From positions 12,015 through 76,014 of the forward strand of contig JAURCP010000006.1 in assembly GCA_030828405.1 (NCBI GenBank): a stretch of 64,000 nt of DNA, written 5' to 3'. This DNA comes from Thermoplasmatota archaeon. GTDB lineage: Archaea; Thermoplasmatota; Poseidoniia; Poseidoniales; Thalassarchaeaceae. The notes below the pieces were generated by a model that ran no database searches, was not told the origin of the DNA, and saw only the letters and a list, made by a program, of their open reading frames with translations. Positions 8,745 through 18,495 of this stretch are shown here, in pieces (within the stretch, counting starts at the first letter, position 1; each line of letters begins with the position of its first letter). The position numbers were made by a program, and so were the translations under genes.

Positions 8745-8896
8745 TGTCTTGGATAGTTAGGTGTGCATTTTGTGATGAGAAAATTACTATTGGTAAAAAT
8801 CAGTTCAAGAAAGACAAAAATCCATTAACTGAAGAAAGTGAATATGTATGTGCTCATTGTTATCAATCTTTTATTGGCGATCTAGACTCTTATTAA
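8744..8896 (+). CDS. 50-aa zinc-finger protein (CAFC-x25-CAHC), not in ORF track
   Basis: MSWIVRCAFCDEKITIGKNQFKKDKNPLTEESEYVCAHCYQSFIGDLDSY; TAATG overlap with the E1 stop; GGAGG SD. Confidence 0.75.
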   Translation: MSWIVRCAFCDEKITIGKNQFKKDKNPLTEESEYVCAHCYQSFIGDLDSY

Positions 8897-9587
8897 CGTC
8901 GAAAGTTCTCATCTGATCTACAGTCCAATTCTTGGTCCTAGGCCTCCAGAAAATAATAGTAAATACTCCAATAAATAAACCGCCGAAGATAAGATTAAGC
9001 CATCCCTCTGAAATATATCCAGGACTAGCATTAAAGCTTGCCCAAATAAATGATGGAATAATTCCAAATATTAATGAGATAATTAATTCTTCAGATAATA
9101 ACTTATATTTATCAGGTGAGATTGGTAATTTTGGTGCTGTATTCTCAAAATTATTTGAGTTTTTTCTTCGAACTACTCTAAAGAAGTCACAATTTTCTCC
9201 CTTAGGAATCAAAGAAGGATTAGGAGTTCCTGAAACCCATTTTTTTGAAACTTTCATTAACCAATTATCCTCTATAAAGGGCCTACCATCACAATATTTC
9301 GACCAATAAGAACCTCGAATTCTATCTGATAACTCCTCAACTTCATCATTCCCAGAAATCAGACCACTATCCATTGCAAGAGTCCACTCAGATTCTGAGG
9401 CTACATGGCAGTTTTCATTTCGGAGAATAGTTTTCATGGTTCCAGAATCTACTGGCAGATAAGATATTTCAAAATCATAATCAATTTTGACTTCATGCCT
9501 AGGACCGACTCCTCCAAAAAGTATTGAACGATTATCTGAACCAATGAATACTTTTCCTGGATAGACAGTTACCCATTGAATTTCCAA
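8871..9587 (-). CDS. Membrane protein with degenerate FGE/SUMF1-like N-terminal domain
   Basis: PGKVFIGS...PRHEVKI...SESEW resemble the FGE-sulfatase domain; two C-terminal TM helices. Confidence 0.5.
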   Translation of the reverse strand: MEIQWVTVYPGKVFIGSDNRSILFGGVGPRHEVKIDYDFEISYLPVDSGTMKTILRNENCHVASESEWTLAMDSGLISGNDEVEELSDRIRGSYWSKYCDGRPFIEDNWLMKVSKKWVSGTPNPSLIPKGENCDFFRVVRRKNSNNFENTAPKLPISPDKYKLLSEELIISLIFGIIPSFIWASFNASPGYISEGWLNLIFGGLFIGVFTIIFWRPRTKNWTVDQMRTFDVNKSLDRQ

Positions 9588-9598
9588 TTTTATCCCAC

Positions 9599-11500
9599 CT
9601 AGGGTTCAATTTCTCCAGTTTGTATTGACCATTGAGACGCATAAACACTTTCATTTATGAGTAGATCTTCATGCTTACCTCTTTCAACAATTGCTCCATC
9701 AACCATTGAAATTATTTCATCAGCATTTCTGATTGTAGCAAGTCTATGAGCCACTGCTATTGTAAGTCGGTTCTTTTTACCATTTGAACCACCGAAAAGT
9801 GACTGTTGTATCCTCTTCTCAGTTTCAGCATCCAGTGCAGCACTAGCTTCATCTAAAATAAGAAGGTCTGGGTCATTCAATAGAGCCCTGGCAAGGCTAA
9901 TTCGTGCTCTTTGGCCTCCAGATAACATCACTCCTCTATCGCCCACCATTGATTCTAGTCCATCAGGTAATTGAGTAATAAATTCTGACGCACCTGCCAT
10001 ATCTAGCGCATTGAATATTTCCTCATCCGTAGCATCTCTTGCATAGGAAACATTTTGCTTGATAGTCCCGTAAAAAAGGAATGGATCTTGAGAAACAAAT
10101 CCAATTTTAGATCTTACAGATTTTATGGAATAATCATTGATATCTTTTCCATTAATGAGCACTTTACCATGTTGTGGTTCATAGAATCTCTCAATTAACT
10201 TCAGTATTGTACTCTTACCTGCTCCTGTATGGCCCATTACTCCCAAGAATTCTCCAGAAGAAACCTTCAAATCTATTTTGTTAAGTACATTTGATTCAGA
10301 AGAAGGATATGAAAAAGACACATCCTCAAAGGAAATACTTTCAATTGGCTCCTCAAGTGTTAGTGCGTCCTCCTTGTCATAAATCGAAGGTTCAAGATCA
10401 ACAACAGCGAAAACTCTCCGTGAAGCAGCCTCTCCTTTCTGTAATTGATTTAGTAACATCCCTAGAATCCATAAAGGCATAGTCATTCTAGTAGATATCA
10501 GTAAGAATGTTACAAACTCGCCCACACTTATTTCACTGGAATTCATTAGCCACCCTCCAGCTGAAACTAATAGTCCGAATGAAATACCCGCTACAATATG
10601 AAACCCAGGAATAAAACGATTTCTGATGAAAGCTGCTTCTATAGCTTGGTCCCGATAATTGCCACTTTGTCCCTCAATTCTAACTCTTTCAAAATCACTG
10701 GCATTATATGCTTGAACCACAGTAATTCCAGATAATACGTTTTCTAATATTGCTACTATTCCGCCTGTACTTTCTCTTTGTTGACGATACTTTCTCTGGA
10801 CTCTGGTAGAAAACCAAATAACCATAGGAACAATCATGAATAATGGCCCAAAGAGAATCATACAAAGTGTTGGAGACATCCAGAAAAGAATAACAAATGC
10901 GGTACTAAGGGTTGTTATTATCCTGATTATACTAGTAGTTGAATCTGAAATAATATCTTCCAACTGCGCTACATCAGCAGATAGTACAGACATCAAGTTT
11001 CCAGTCTGTCGGGTTTCAAAGTATGATGCCTCCATATCCATCAAAGATTTTGTAGCATCCATCCTAATATCATGCTGAGCTTTGTAAGCTATTGACTGCC
11101 AAAGTTGATTGCTTAGACCCTGGAAAATTGCAAGAAAAACGAAGGATGAAAAGATAAGTAAACCAAAGCCAAGCTCTGTGGACTCGATTGGTCCAAGATT
11201 AGGTATTGAATCGAGTGTAACAATTTTTTCAATTCTTGAATTAGTAAATTGAGAGTTATCTGGGTTGTAGTAATCGGCTGCCATACCTATTGCAATAAAG
11301 GGGACAAGGTCGAAAATTCTAGCTCCGATATTTGCTAGAAGACCGCCTAAAGCCCTCTCCCAATATCTAGTCACATAAGGCAGAATTCTCCAAATTTTTC
11401 GGCCCACTATTTGCTTCTCTTCAACAAGGTCAGAAGCATCTTTACTGATTGAAGATACTATAACTTCCTTAGTTGGATCCTGGCTATCGGCTTTCGACAT
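9599..11500 (-). CDS. ABC transporter, fused permease/ATPase (MsbA/MdlB-like)
   Basis: TM domain, Walker A GHTGAGKS, LSGGQ, LILDE, AHRL. Confidence 0.93.
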   Translation of the reverse strand: MSKADSQDPTKEVIVSSISKDASDLVEEKQIVGRKIWRILPYVTRYWERALGGLLANIGARIFDLVPFIAIGMAADYYNPDNSQFTNSRIEKIVTLDSIPNLGPIESTELGFGLLIFSSFVFLAIFQGLSNQLWQSIAYKAQHDIRMDATKSLMDMEASYFETRQTGNLMSVLSADVAQLEDIISDSTTSIIRIITTLSTAFVILFWMSPTLCMILFGPLFMIVPMVIWFSTRVQRKYRQQRESTGGIVAILENVLSGITVVQAYNASDFERVRIEGQSGNYRDQAIEAAFIRNRFIPGFHIVAGISFGLLVSAGGWLMNSSEISVGEFVTFLLISTRMTMPLWILGMLLNQLQKGEAASRRVFAVVDLEPSIYDKEDALTLEEPIESISFEDVSFSYPSSESNVLNKIDLKVSSGEFLGVMGHTGAGKSTILKLIERFYEPQHGKVLINGKDINDYSIKSVRSKIGFVSQDPFLFYGTIKQNVSYARDATDEEIFNALDMAGASEFITQLPDGLESMVGDRGVMLSGGQRARISLARALLNDPDLLILDEASAALDAETEKRIQQSLFGGSNGKKNRLTIAVAHRLATIRNADEIISMVDGAIVERGKHEDLLINESVYASQWSIQTGEIEP

Positions 11501-11552
11501 GTTCTATGGGAGAACGCGTAGTGTTTGAATGCTTCACTATACAACTTTGTTT

Positions 11553-11627
11553 TGGTGCGCCCGCCGGGATTTGAACCCGGGACATGAGGTTGGAAACCTC
11601 AGGTGATAACCCCTTCACTACAGGCGC
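11553..11627 (-). tRNA. tRNA-Gly(TCC)
   Basis: Cloverleaf GCGCCTG/CGGGCGC acceptor, anticodon loop TTTCCAA, GGTTCAAATCC T-arm, encoded CCA. Confidence 0.95.
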
Positions 11628-11681
11628 GTTATCTATCCGAGGATATGACCTTTCTAAACTAGTTCGGTTACATCCGTTCAA

Positions 11682-11906
11682 ATGTTATTACCATATCCGA
11701 GGTTTATGATTGTACGCCAAAGAGTTGGAATTCTGTTAATGATTCTATTTTTACCCATAAATGGACCATTACTAAGAATCGGTATTCAAGAAATAATGGA
11801 TAAGCCAGTTCCAATTGGAGAATTCTATTTCTTTACTCTCTGCGTAATTTTATTCTTATTAGGTGGAGTAATGACTTTCACACCTAAATTGAAATCTCCT
11901 TTTTAG
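11682..11906 (+). CDS. Small two-TM membrane protein
   Basis: Two hydrophobic helices; fills the gap between the tRNA and tatD. Confidence 0.6.
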   Translation: MLLPYPRFMIVRQRVGILLMILFLPINGPLLRIGIQEIMDKPVPIGEFYFFTLCVILFLLGGVMTFTPKLKSPF

Positions 11907-12780
11907 GATAGAGAATTTGGGGCCAGTTTGAATGAATATTTTCTATTATTTCATAGATCTTATCTTCAGAATATCCCGATTCACTCAATTTTTCAATTAA
12001 CTGATTAGTTCTTTTCGGTATCGTTTTCGGACCAAGAACGGCTCCTGGACGATTTTTATCGTCTAGAAAGTCTGTTTCCATTCCCCAGTATGAATTACAA
12101 TTAGGTAAACTTTCTACAATCTTAGAAATGCTACCTTTACCTACACTAACAGTTACACTCAAACCATGAGTGAATTGTGTGCTAATATTAGCGGGAGCAT
12201 AATGTCTGATTGCGAGATGTCGGGGTAAATTCGCCTTGTCGCATAATTTGGCTAAATCAGAATATGTTTTCTCGCCATCATCTTCCACGTGAAGTTGAAT
12301 ACTAATTTTGGCTTCTGCAGCTAATTTCATAATTTCTAATAATAAATTATTGGCTGCATCCCATGTTTCCAAACTCACTGGATAATGCGGCCGTCCGACT
12401 TCTCCTAGACAAACTGCTTCTCCTATGGAAATATATTGTATAGCTAATTTAACAGCTTGTAAGTGTAAAGATGTAGATTCTTGCAAACCAATTGTATGTA
12501 TTTGTTTCTCCCATGATACAGGATGTGGACCGAGAATTACTGACACTTTAATTCCAAACCTTTCTCTAATTTCTCTTGCCATTTCAATAGTATCGTCATA
12601 TGCAGATTGATAATCAGATATTGTCGAAGGTAAATTCGAAAAATTCGGTTTATGAACTAAATTAATTCCTGTACCTCCTGAATTAATAAACTCAGAAACT
12701 GCATCAAGATATCTATTATTGCGGTCTAAATGCATATGTTGGTCTATTATTGGCCCTTCCCATCGGCCGTGATTAAACAT
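11884..12780 (-). CDS. TatD-family metallohydrolase/DNase
   Basis: DQHMHLD, GPHP, GEVGRPHY, QLHVE, METD motifs; start moved to MFNHG. Confidence 0.88.
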   Translation of the reverse strand: MFNHGRWEGPIIDQHMHLDRNNRYLDAVSEFINSGGTGINLVHKPNFSNLPSTISDYQSAYDDTIEMAREIRERFGIKVSVILGPHPVSWEKQIHTIGLQESTSLHLQAVKLAIQYISIGEAVCLGEVGRPHYPVSLETWDAANNLLLEIMKLAAEAKISIQLHVEDDGEKTYSDLAKLCDKANLPRHLAIRHYAPANISTQFTHGLSVTVSVGKGSISKIVESLPNCNSYWGMETDFLDDKNRPGAVLGPKTIPKRTNQLIEKLSESGYSEDKIYEIIENIHSNWPQILYPKKEISI

Positions 12781-12784
12781 ATTC

Positions 12785-13318
12785 TCACGCCAAAGCGCCC
12801 TCATCATCTAATTGTGATGACCAATGTCTAATGGCCATCTCTGCAATCCTTTTTGAAGTCTGTTTCAAGACGATACCATGACCATTATTGAATAATAAAA
12901 TACTGCATTTATGTCTATCTGCATTAATTCTAAGGGCACCTATCCTAGAATCAAGATTGATCTCTGCAAAACGATCTGCAGCTAAATCCATTAATACTGC
13001 CCTACCTATGGAAAAGCGAATTATCATTTCACCTGACTCGACTAATAACCATTCATCTGACATTCCAAGATTTAGTAATAACTCTTGTACTGCTAAACGT
13101 GCTACTTCGCTTCTGGAAATACCGTGAACTAATACAGAACCCTCCGGTTCAATTACTAAAGTTGCATGAGGATTTTCATGAATAATTACAACGAATTCTC
13201 CTGACTTAACGCCTCTACCAATACTAACTGCTTCTTCATGGTTAATTGGTTCAGAGGGGGTAAAACGAAAGGTCTGTGTTTCGACATCAAGATTAATTTT
13301 GGTTTCATCCATAATCAT
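12785..13318 (-). CDS. Divergent TBP-fold protein
   Basis: 177 aa with two repeats resembling TBP: PHATLVIEPEGSVLVHG...ARLAV and KCSILLFNNGHGIVL...AEMAI. Confidence 0.55.
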   Translation of the reverse strand: MIMDETKINLDVETQTFRFTPSEPINHEEAVSIGRGVKSGEFVVIIHENPHATLVIEPEGSVLVHGISRSEVARLAVQELLLNLGMSDEWLLVESGEMIIRFSIGRAVLMDLAADRFAEINLDSRIGALRINADRHKCSILLFNNGHGIVLKQTSKRIAEMAIRHWSSQLDDEGALA

Positions 13319-14175
13319 TCCTCCGGAGTTATCTCCTCAACTTTCGTACATGAACTAATCGCTTTACTTATTGAAGGTAACCACGCTTGGTGAATAGGTA
13401 CCATCAAAGTCAATCCATCAGATTTAGGATCACTAATATCACGATTTCTAAGATTTGCTAGAGCACCCCTGATTCTAGAAACAAATCTCTCATCTCTAAG
13501 ATTTTGTAATTCCTCAGAAATACCTCGCTGCTCTTCTATCCACCACGTCAAACAGGAAGCAGAGGCAGCACCTAAGTCTGCATTGACTAACTTGGAACTT
13601 GTGACTGATTTAATTGCATCTTTTCTAATTTTTTTCCATCTCCTACCAGTTGTCAATGTCAGAATTAAATTTGAATAAGTGACTTGTTGATCAGCGCTTT
13701 TTATCTGCCAATCAACCCAATTTTCATCTTCAAGATTGGGTTCAATTGCATAAATTGGTAGTCCCCCTCTTGTATTCTTGGCATGTAAAAGTAAGCGTAA
13801 TTGTTCTGGATCTGGGATGACGGGGCCGTCTAATTCCAATTCATTCAAATCAGTCATCAAACGACCTAAGACGGTACCTGATGCAATGGCAGAATCTCTA
13901 TGCACCCCTGGACTCTCTTTCTCTTGTTTATCTTCCATTATCCATGATTGAAGATCTATTGAGGAGGTTAAAAATGCTACACCATGAAAATTAGAATGAG
14001 AACGTAACTTAACTGGCATTCGGATACAAGGGATATGAGGCCAAAAAATGATTTTTCCGCCATCTGGATCATCATAATGAAACTCCTCCCAAACTAAGGT
14101 TGGCATATTCATAACCCCTCCGAAACGGTACCTAGGATTGAATACAACGGTCTGAAAATGTCTCAAATAACTCAA
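13315..14175 (-). CDS. Hypothetical protein
   Basis: Long ORF coupled to the downstream gene (ATGA overlap); start likely near 14106-14112. Confidence 0.7.
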   Translation of the reverse strand: MSYLRHFQTVVFNPRYRFGGVMNMPTLVWEEFHYDDPDGGKIIFWPHIPCIRMPVKLRSHSNFHGVAFLTSSIDLQSWIMEDKQEKESPGVHRDSAIASGTVLGRLMTDLNELELDGPVIPDPEQLRLLLHAKNTRGGLPIYAIEPNLEDENWVDWQIKSADQQVTYSNLILTLTTGRRWKKIRKDAIKSVTSSKLVNADLGAASASCLTWWIEEQRGISEELQNLRDERFVSRIRGALANLRNRDISDPKSDGLTLMVPIHQAWLPSISKAISSCTKVEEITPEE

Positions 14176-14207
14176 AATAATATGATGGGTTCAAGTTTGA
14201 TGAGGAT

Positions 14208-14675
14208 TTGAGAGGGACGATAGACATGAACGAGGCCTATTCAACAGATCCTGTAATTCAACTAAATGAGGTGTTCCCGGGGGACACAAATGCGCTAGAC
14301 ACATTATTCGGAGGAAGGTTAATGTCAATCATGGATACTGCTGCTGGAATGGCAGCATCTAAATTTGCTCATAGGAACTTTGTTACTATCTCTGTTGATG
14401 CATTGAAATTTAGAAGACCGGCGTATCAAGGAGATGTGATTAGAACTACTGCAAGAGTTGTTTGGACATCACCTAGAACTGCTGGAATACATGTAATATC
14501 ATGTAGGTTATCTAGATCTGAATGGGTGGGGGAAGAAATATGTTCTGGATTCTTCTTTATGGTTGCAATAGATAGAGATATGAAAGCAATAAATATACCA
14601 CAATTTGAACCGAAAACTGATGAAGAGAAAGAAATGTGGAACTCTGCACAAAAAGCTAGAGATGCTATGAGTTAA
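14208..14675 (+). CDS. Acyl-CoA thioesterase (hotdog fold, YciA-like)
   Basis: VFPGDTN...LFGGRLMSIMD motif. Confidence 0.9.
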   Translation: MRGTIDMNEAYSTDPVIQLNEVFPGDTNALDTLFGGRLMSIMDTAAGMAASKFAHRNFVTISVDALKFRRPAYQGDVIRTTARVVWTSPRTAGIHVISCRLSRSEWVGEEICSGFFFMVAIDRDMKAINIPQFEPKTDEEKEMWNSAQKARDAMS

Positions 14676-14733
14676 TGAATTTGCTAATTCGATTCACCGT
14701 TCCTTTCAACAAGGGAAGACTCTTCGGATAATT

Positions 14734-15711
14734 ATGCCTGTACTCAATGTTGCCTTCGTTGGTTCAGAATCCTTAGCAAGAAAAATTGCTAAAAAAGGAG
14801 ATGTCAGAGATATTGAGTCTTATGTTTTCAAGGAAGAAAAAAATGGTGAAATGAGAATTATTTCATTACTAAGACCTCTGAAACATCCTGAAAAAATTAG
14901 ACCGTTACTTTCAGTCTTAAATGTTGCAAAAATAGGAATTATTGAAATATCAAAGGTGGATGCCGCATTAGGAGAAATTTGTGTATCATTTGGATGCGCT
15001 AATATCAATGAAGGATTAGTAATAATAAATCCTCAAGATGGAGAATGGGTAGACCCTGATCAGGTGAGAATTATTCTAGAACAATCTGGATTGAAGAACT
15101 GGCAATTATTCGAGCAGTTGCCTGATGAACACAGTATTCGCGAGAAGTTATATTCTTTCATGGACAACATTGAAAATCAAAAATCATCTCTAATTCTCCC
15201 TGTTGACCAATTTTTTAATGTAAAGGGAGTAGGGTTGGTAGCAATAGGTTACGTGCAATCTGGCTCTGTATCAAAACATGATTCAATCCAAGTACTTCCT
15301 GCAGATGAAAATGGAATTGTTCGCAGTTTGCAGGTCATGGATGATGATGTCGACATTGCCGTTTCTGGAGATAGAGTTGGTTTAGCAATAAGAAATCTAA
15401 GAGAGGAAGCACTTCATAGAGGCTGTATGATTGTCCATGCTGATTCAAATGTATTGAATAAAAATATATCCTCTACATTTACTCTTAACAAAGCACCATT
15501 TCAAAAAAGAGTTCTTCAAATTGGTGATGTGATACATGCTGCAGTAGATATGCAATTTATTGTTGGTAGAATAAAGAATATTGAAGATTCGAAATTAACT
15601 GTTGATTGGGAAATTCCCCTATGGACAAGGAAAAAATCCAGTCCTCCGATAATTATTACTCAACTAGATGCAGGTCCGATGAGAATTATCGGGACCACTG
15701 TTTTACAATAA
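14734..15711 (+). CDS. Archaeal EF-Tu/SelB-like protein with degenerate G domain
   Basis: PVDQFFNVKGVG, VRSLQ, GDRVGLA (EF-Tu domain II); no P-loop. Confidence 0.8.
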   Translation: MPVLNVAFVGSESLARKIAKKGDVRDIESYVFKEEKNGEMRIISLLRPLKHPEKIRPLLSVLNVAKIGIIEISKVDAALGEICVSFGCANINEGLVIINPQDGEWVDPDQVRIILEQSGLKNWQLFEQLPDEHSIREKLYSFMDNIENQKSSLILPVDQFFNVKGVGLVAIGYVQSGSVSKHDSIQVLPADENGIVRSLQVMDDDVDIAVSGDRVGLAIRNLREEALHRGCMIVHADSNVLNKNISSTFTLNKAPFQKRVLQIGDVIHAAVDMQFIVGRIKNIEDSKLTVDWEIPLWTRKKSSPPIIITQLDAGPMRIIGTTVLQ

Positions 15712-15802
15712 AACGGCATCTCAAAAAAACCTCAATAAGTAACATGAATTTATGCTCAACAAACCGAGTTATTATATCGTTAATGAGTAACTCGCGGGCT
15801 GG

Positions 15803-17530
15803 ATGCACACGTTCGGGCGTAATGCCCGACCGGATGAGGGAGAGTCGGCAACGTTCGGCAACCTCTCTTTGGTTGGGGTAAGGGGTAAGTTCAGGATTGA
15901 AATAACCCAGCGTCAGCTAATACTTTCTAACGATGTAAGAAAAGGAATAAAATTAGATTTAGCATCTATCTCAAGAACAAGGAGCATCGATATTCCAACA
16001 ATCCCTAGCGGTGTAATAGTCTGGGGTTCGGCGGCTTGCTATCTAGGAGCTACAATACTAATTCCGCCTTTTGGATATGCTGTTTCTCTATTAGGTGGAC
16101 TTTCTGTTCTATCCCATTTTATCTTCAAAACTCCAGCACTAGTGATAGAAACTAATATTGGAGATAGACATATCATCCAATCAAGATTAAACGATCAGGA
16201 AGTATTGTTAAAAGTTCACATGATGATTGAAAAAGTTAGTAATGGTCAATCTGTTAGAGATGCAAAAAATAGTATGGAAAGGGAGTTTAGTTACCAAAAT
16301 AAAGAGAACGTAATTCCTAAAGCACTTTTGAACGCTCCTATAGTAAATGAGTTAGTACCTGAAGTTAGAGAGGAAATACAAGCAGTTGAAAGTTTTGCTA
16401 ATATAAGCGAAAATGTTTTACAAAATAATTTTGAAAGAGTTGATATGCAGTTCTTTGATAAACAAGAAACAATTATTGAGAGCCAATTTAGTACATCAAT
16501 ACCTGAGATGAAGCATAATGAAGTAGAAGGAGTACCTTCTGCTTATGAGCAAACTTGGGGCAGGAATGAACCACATTGGTATAATGAGAAGAAACCTATT
16601 AGTCGCTTAGAATCTTCTTTGGAAGATGTTACAGAAACAATGGAGACAGACATCTTCGGATTTAATTTTGGAGAGGGGGGGCTATTTGATTCAGAACCTG
16701 CGATATCATCATCAAATGAACCGGTAAACTATTCCTCTCCAGAGAAAAATACCATACCTGAACAGTATACTAAGAATCATCAGCGAAATAGTGAGCCTGT
16801 AGAATCAATATTTGGTTCAGAATACCCTATGGAGGAAATAAATGCAAGAAGAAGTATGTCAAGTGCTGAAATGATAAGAGTTGCTAATGGAATGAATCGT
16901 AGCCCTGTAAGTAGTTTTTCAAATTCAATGTCCTTGCCAGAACCTACTGATGAAGCAGTTAGAATTGAATGTAAGCCGGGTTTAGTAAAGAGGGCAAAAG
17001 CACAACAATCATTACATAGAAAAGCAGAGATTATTGCATCCTTGCCTGCACCCACGGATTTAGGAGAATTTCCAGGATTATCTAGAATGGCTAGTTCTTA
17101 TGAGGAAGGAAGACTATCTGTAAGGAGACTGCCAGTTAAGAGAAAAAGAGCCGGATTGATTGAAAGGTTACTAGTCCCAAGATATCGCAGCTATGAAAGA
17201 AAGGCTGTAAATTATTCGACTGAATATGGAGATCCCGATGGAATTGAAGTAAGTTCAGGAGCTAGATTTCAGTCTAAGCAACATCTTAGGATTAGAAGTG
17301 ACCAAGAACACCAAGCAGATATTAATAATAGAATTACGAGAATAAATTCTACTGAGTCGTCAACAGCAAAGGATGCATTGGATAGAGTAGTAAATAGAGT
17401 TTCGAGAGGAGAGGAACATAGTCCGACTGAATTAGGAACTGAACAGCCACTTCTAAGATTTAATCAAATGCGTAGAACTTCAAACAGTAATGAAAAAGGT
17501 CACCTTGAGGGTATTAGAAGATTGAATTAG
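15803..17530 (+). CDS. Hypothetical protein (N-terminal TM pair, long low-complexity tail)
   Basis: 575-aa ORF; hydrophobic hairpin near aa 70-108. Confidence 0.75.
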   Translation: MHTFGRNARPDEGESATFGNLSLVGVRGKFRIEITQRQLILSNDVRKGIKLDLASISRTRSIDIPTIPSGVIVWGSAACYLGATILIPPFGYAVSLLGGLSVLSHFIFKTPALVIETNIGDRHIIQSRLNDQEVLLKVHMMIEKVSNGQSVRDAKNSMEREFSYQNKENVIPKALLNAPIVNELVPEVREEIQAVESFANISENVLQNNFERVDMQFFDKQETIIESQFSTSIPEMKHNEVEGVPSAYEQTWGRNEPHWYNEKKPISRLESSLEDVTETMETDIFGFNFGEGGLFDSEPAISSSNEPVNYSSPEKNTIPEQYTKNHQRNSEPVESIFGSEYPMEEINARRSMSSAEMIRVANGMNRSPVSSFSNSMSLPEPTDEAVRIECKPGLVKRAKAQQSLHRKAEIIASLPAPTDLGEFPGLSRMASSYEEGRLSVRRLPVKRKRAGLIERLLVPRYRSYERKAVNYSTEYGDPDGIEVSSGARFQSKQHLRIRSDQEHQADINNRITRINSTESSTAKDALDRVVNRVSRGEEHSPTELGTEQPLLRFNQMRRTSNSNEKGHLEGIRRLN

Positions 17531-18492
17531 GTTAATCCTACTATTCTTCTGTATCTATCTACTCGTGCATGATATTGTCCACGTTCTAACTTCGAAATAT
17601 TGGAACAACCTAATCCACCTAAAGTAAATGATGCGGTAACTGTAGCATGAACTAGTGCATTTCGGATAACATCTATATCATTTAGTGCACCATCTCTTCC
17701 AGAGATATTTGCCAAAAATGCTCCTGCAAATGAATCACCACATCCAGTTGGATCAACTACATTGCTTATCGGATATGCTGGTAAAGAAATTAGTCCGAAA
17801 GGAAATTTACCAATTACACCCCCACTTCCTCTTTTTACAATTATACATCTAGGCCCAGGACCTGCATGCTCTCCACCAAATAATGCTGCTCCTGACTGGA
17901 TTGAACTAATAGCTCGAGGTAGTACTTCGTCATCAGCAATTGCACAAACTTCTTCTTCGTTTAGTATAGCTATATCGACTTTACGAAGTGCTTCAGACAA
18001 TTTGGCCTTTTCAGTATTAATCCATAACATGAAACTGTCTAAAGCAGTAATTACTGCACTAGGGCATTGGTCAAGAACTGACACTTGAGTTGCAGGATGT
18101 GTATTAGCACAGAACAAAATCTCTGGTGTTGTCCAAGAGTTCGGAACTTCAGGGTCGAAATTTTCTAAAACATTAACCTCGGTAGAAATTGTTTCAGCAT
18201 CTTCCATCGAACCTAAATATCTACCCGACCAACGGAATGTATCTCCATCTCTCATTTCAACACCGGCTAAATTTAGACCGACTGATTCTAATCTTAGTTG
18301 ATCTGAGGGGGAGAAATCATTACCGACAGCGCTGACTATTCCTATATTTGGATTGTTGGAAATGTCATCAGAACTGTGGAAAGCAGCAGAAAAACCGGCA
18401 TAAGTCGCTGCGCCTCCTAGAAGATCTGAACCTTCGGCTTCAGGAGTAGAAATATCATCGTAACCAATACTACCGACAATCACTATATCCAA
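17527..18492 (-). CDS. PfkB-family carbohydrate/nucleoside kinase
   Basis: LGGAATY, LNEEE, DPTGCGDSFAG. Confidence 0.92.
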   Translation of the reverse strand: MDIVIVGSIGYDDISTPEAEGSDLLGGAATYAGFSAAFHSSDDISNNPNIGIVSAVGNDFSPSDQLRLESVGLNLAGVEMRDGDTFRWSGRYLGSMEDAETISTEVNVLENFDPEVPNSWTTPEILFCANTHPATQVSVLDQCPSAVITALDSFMLWINTEKAKLSEALRKVDIAILNEEEVCAIADDEVLPRAISSIQSGAALFGGEHAGPGPRCIIVKRGSGGVIGKFPFGLISLPAYPISNVVDPTGCGDSFAGAFLANISGRDGALNDIDVIRNALVHATVTASFTLGGLGCSNISKLERGQYHARVDRYRRIVGLT

Positions 18493-18495
18493 AAT

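Noticed and set aside
2260-8896. Integrated virus or transposon explanation for the island
   Set aside because: No integrase, transposase, capsid gene or att repeats are visible, and neither tRNA flanks it.
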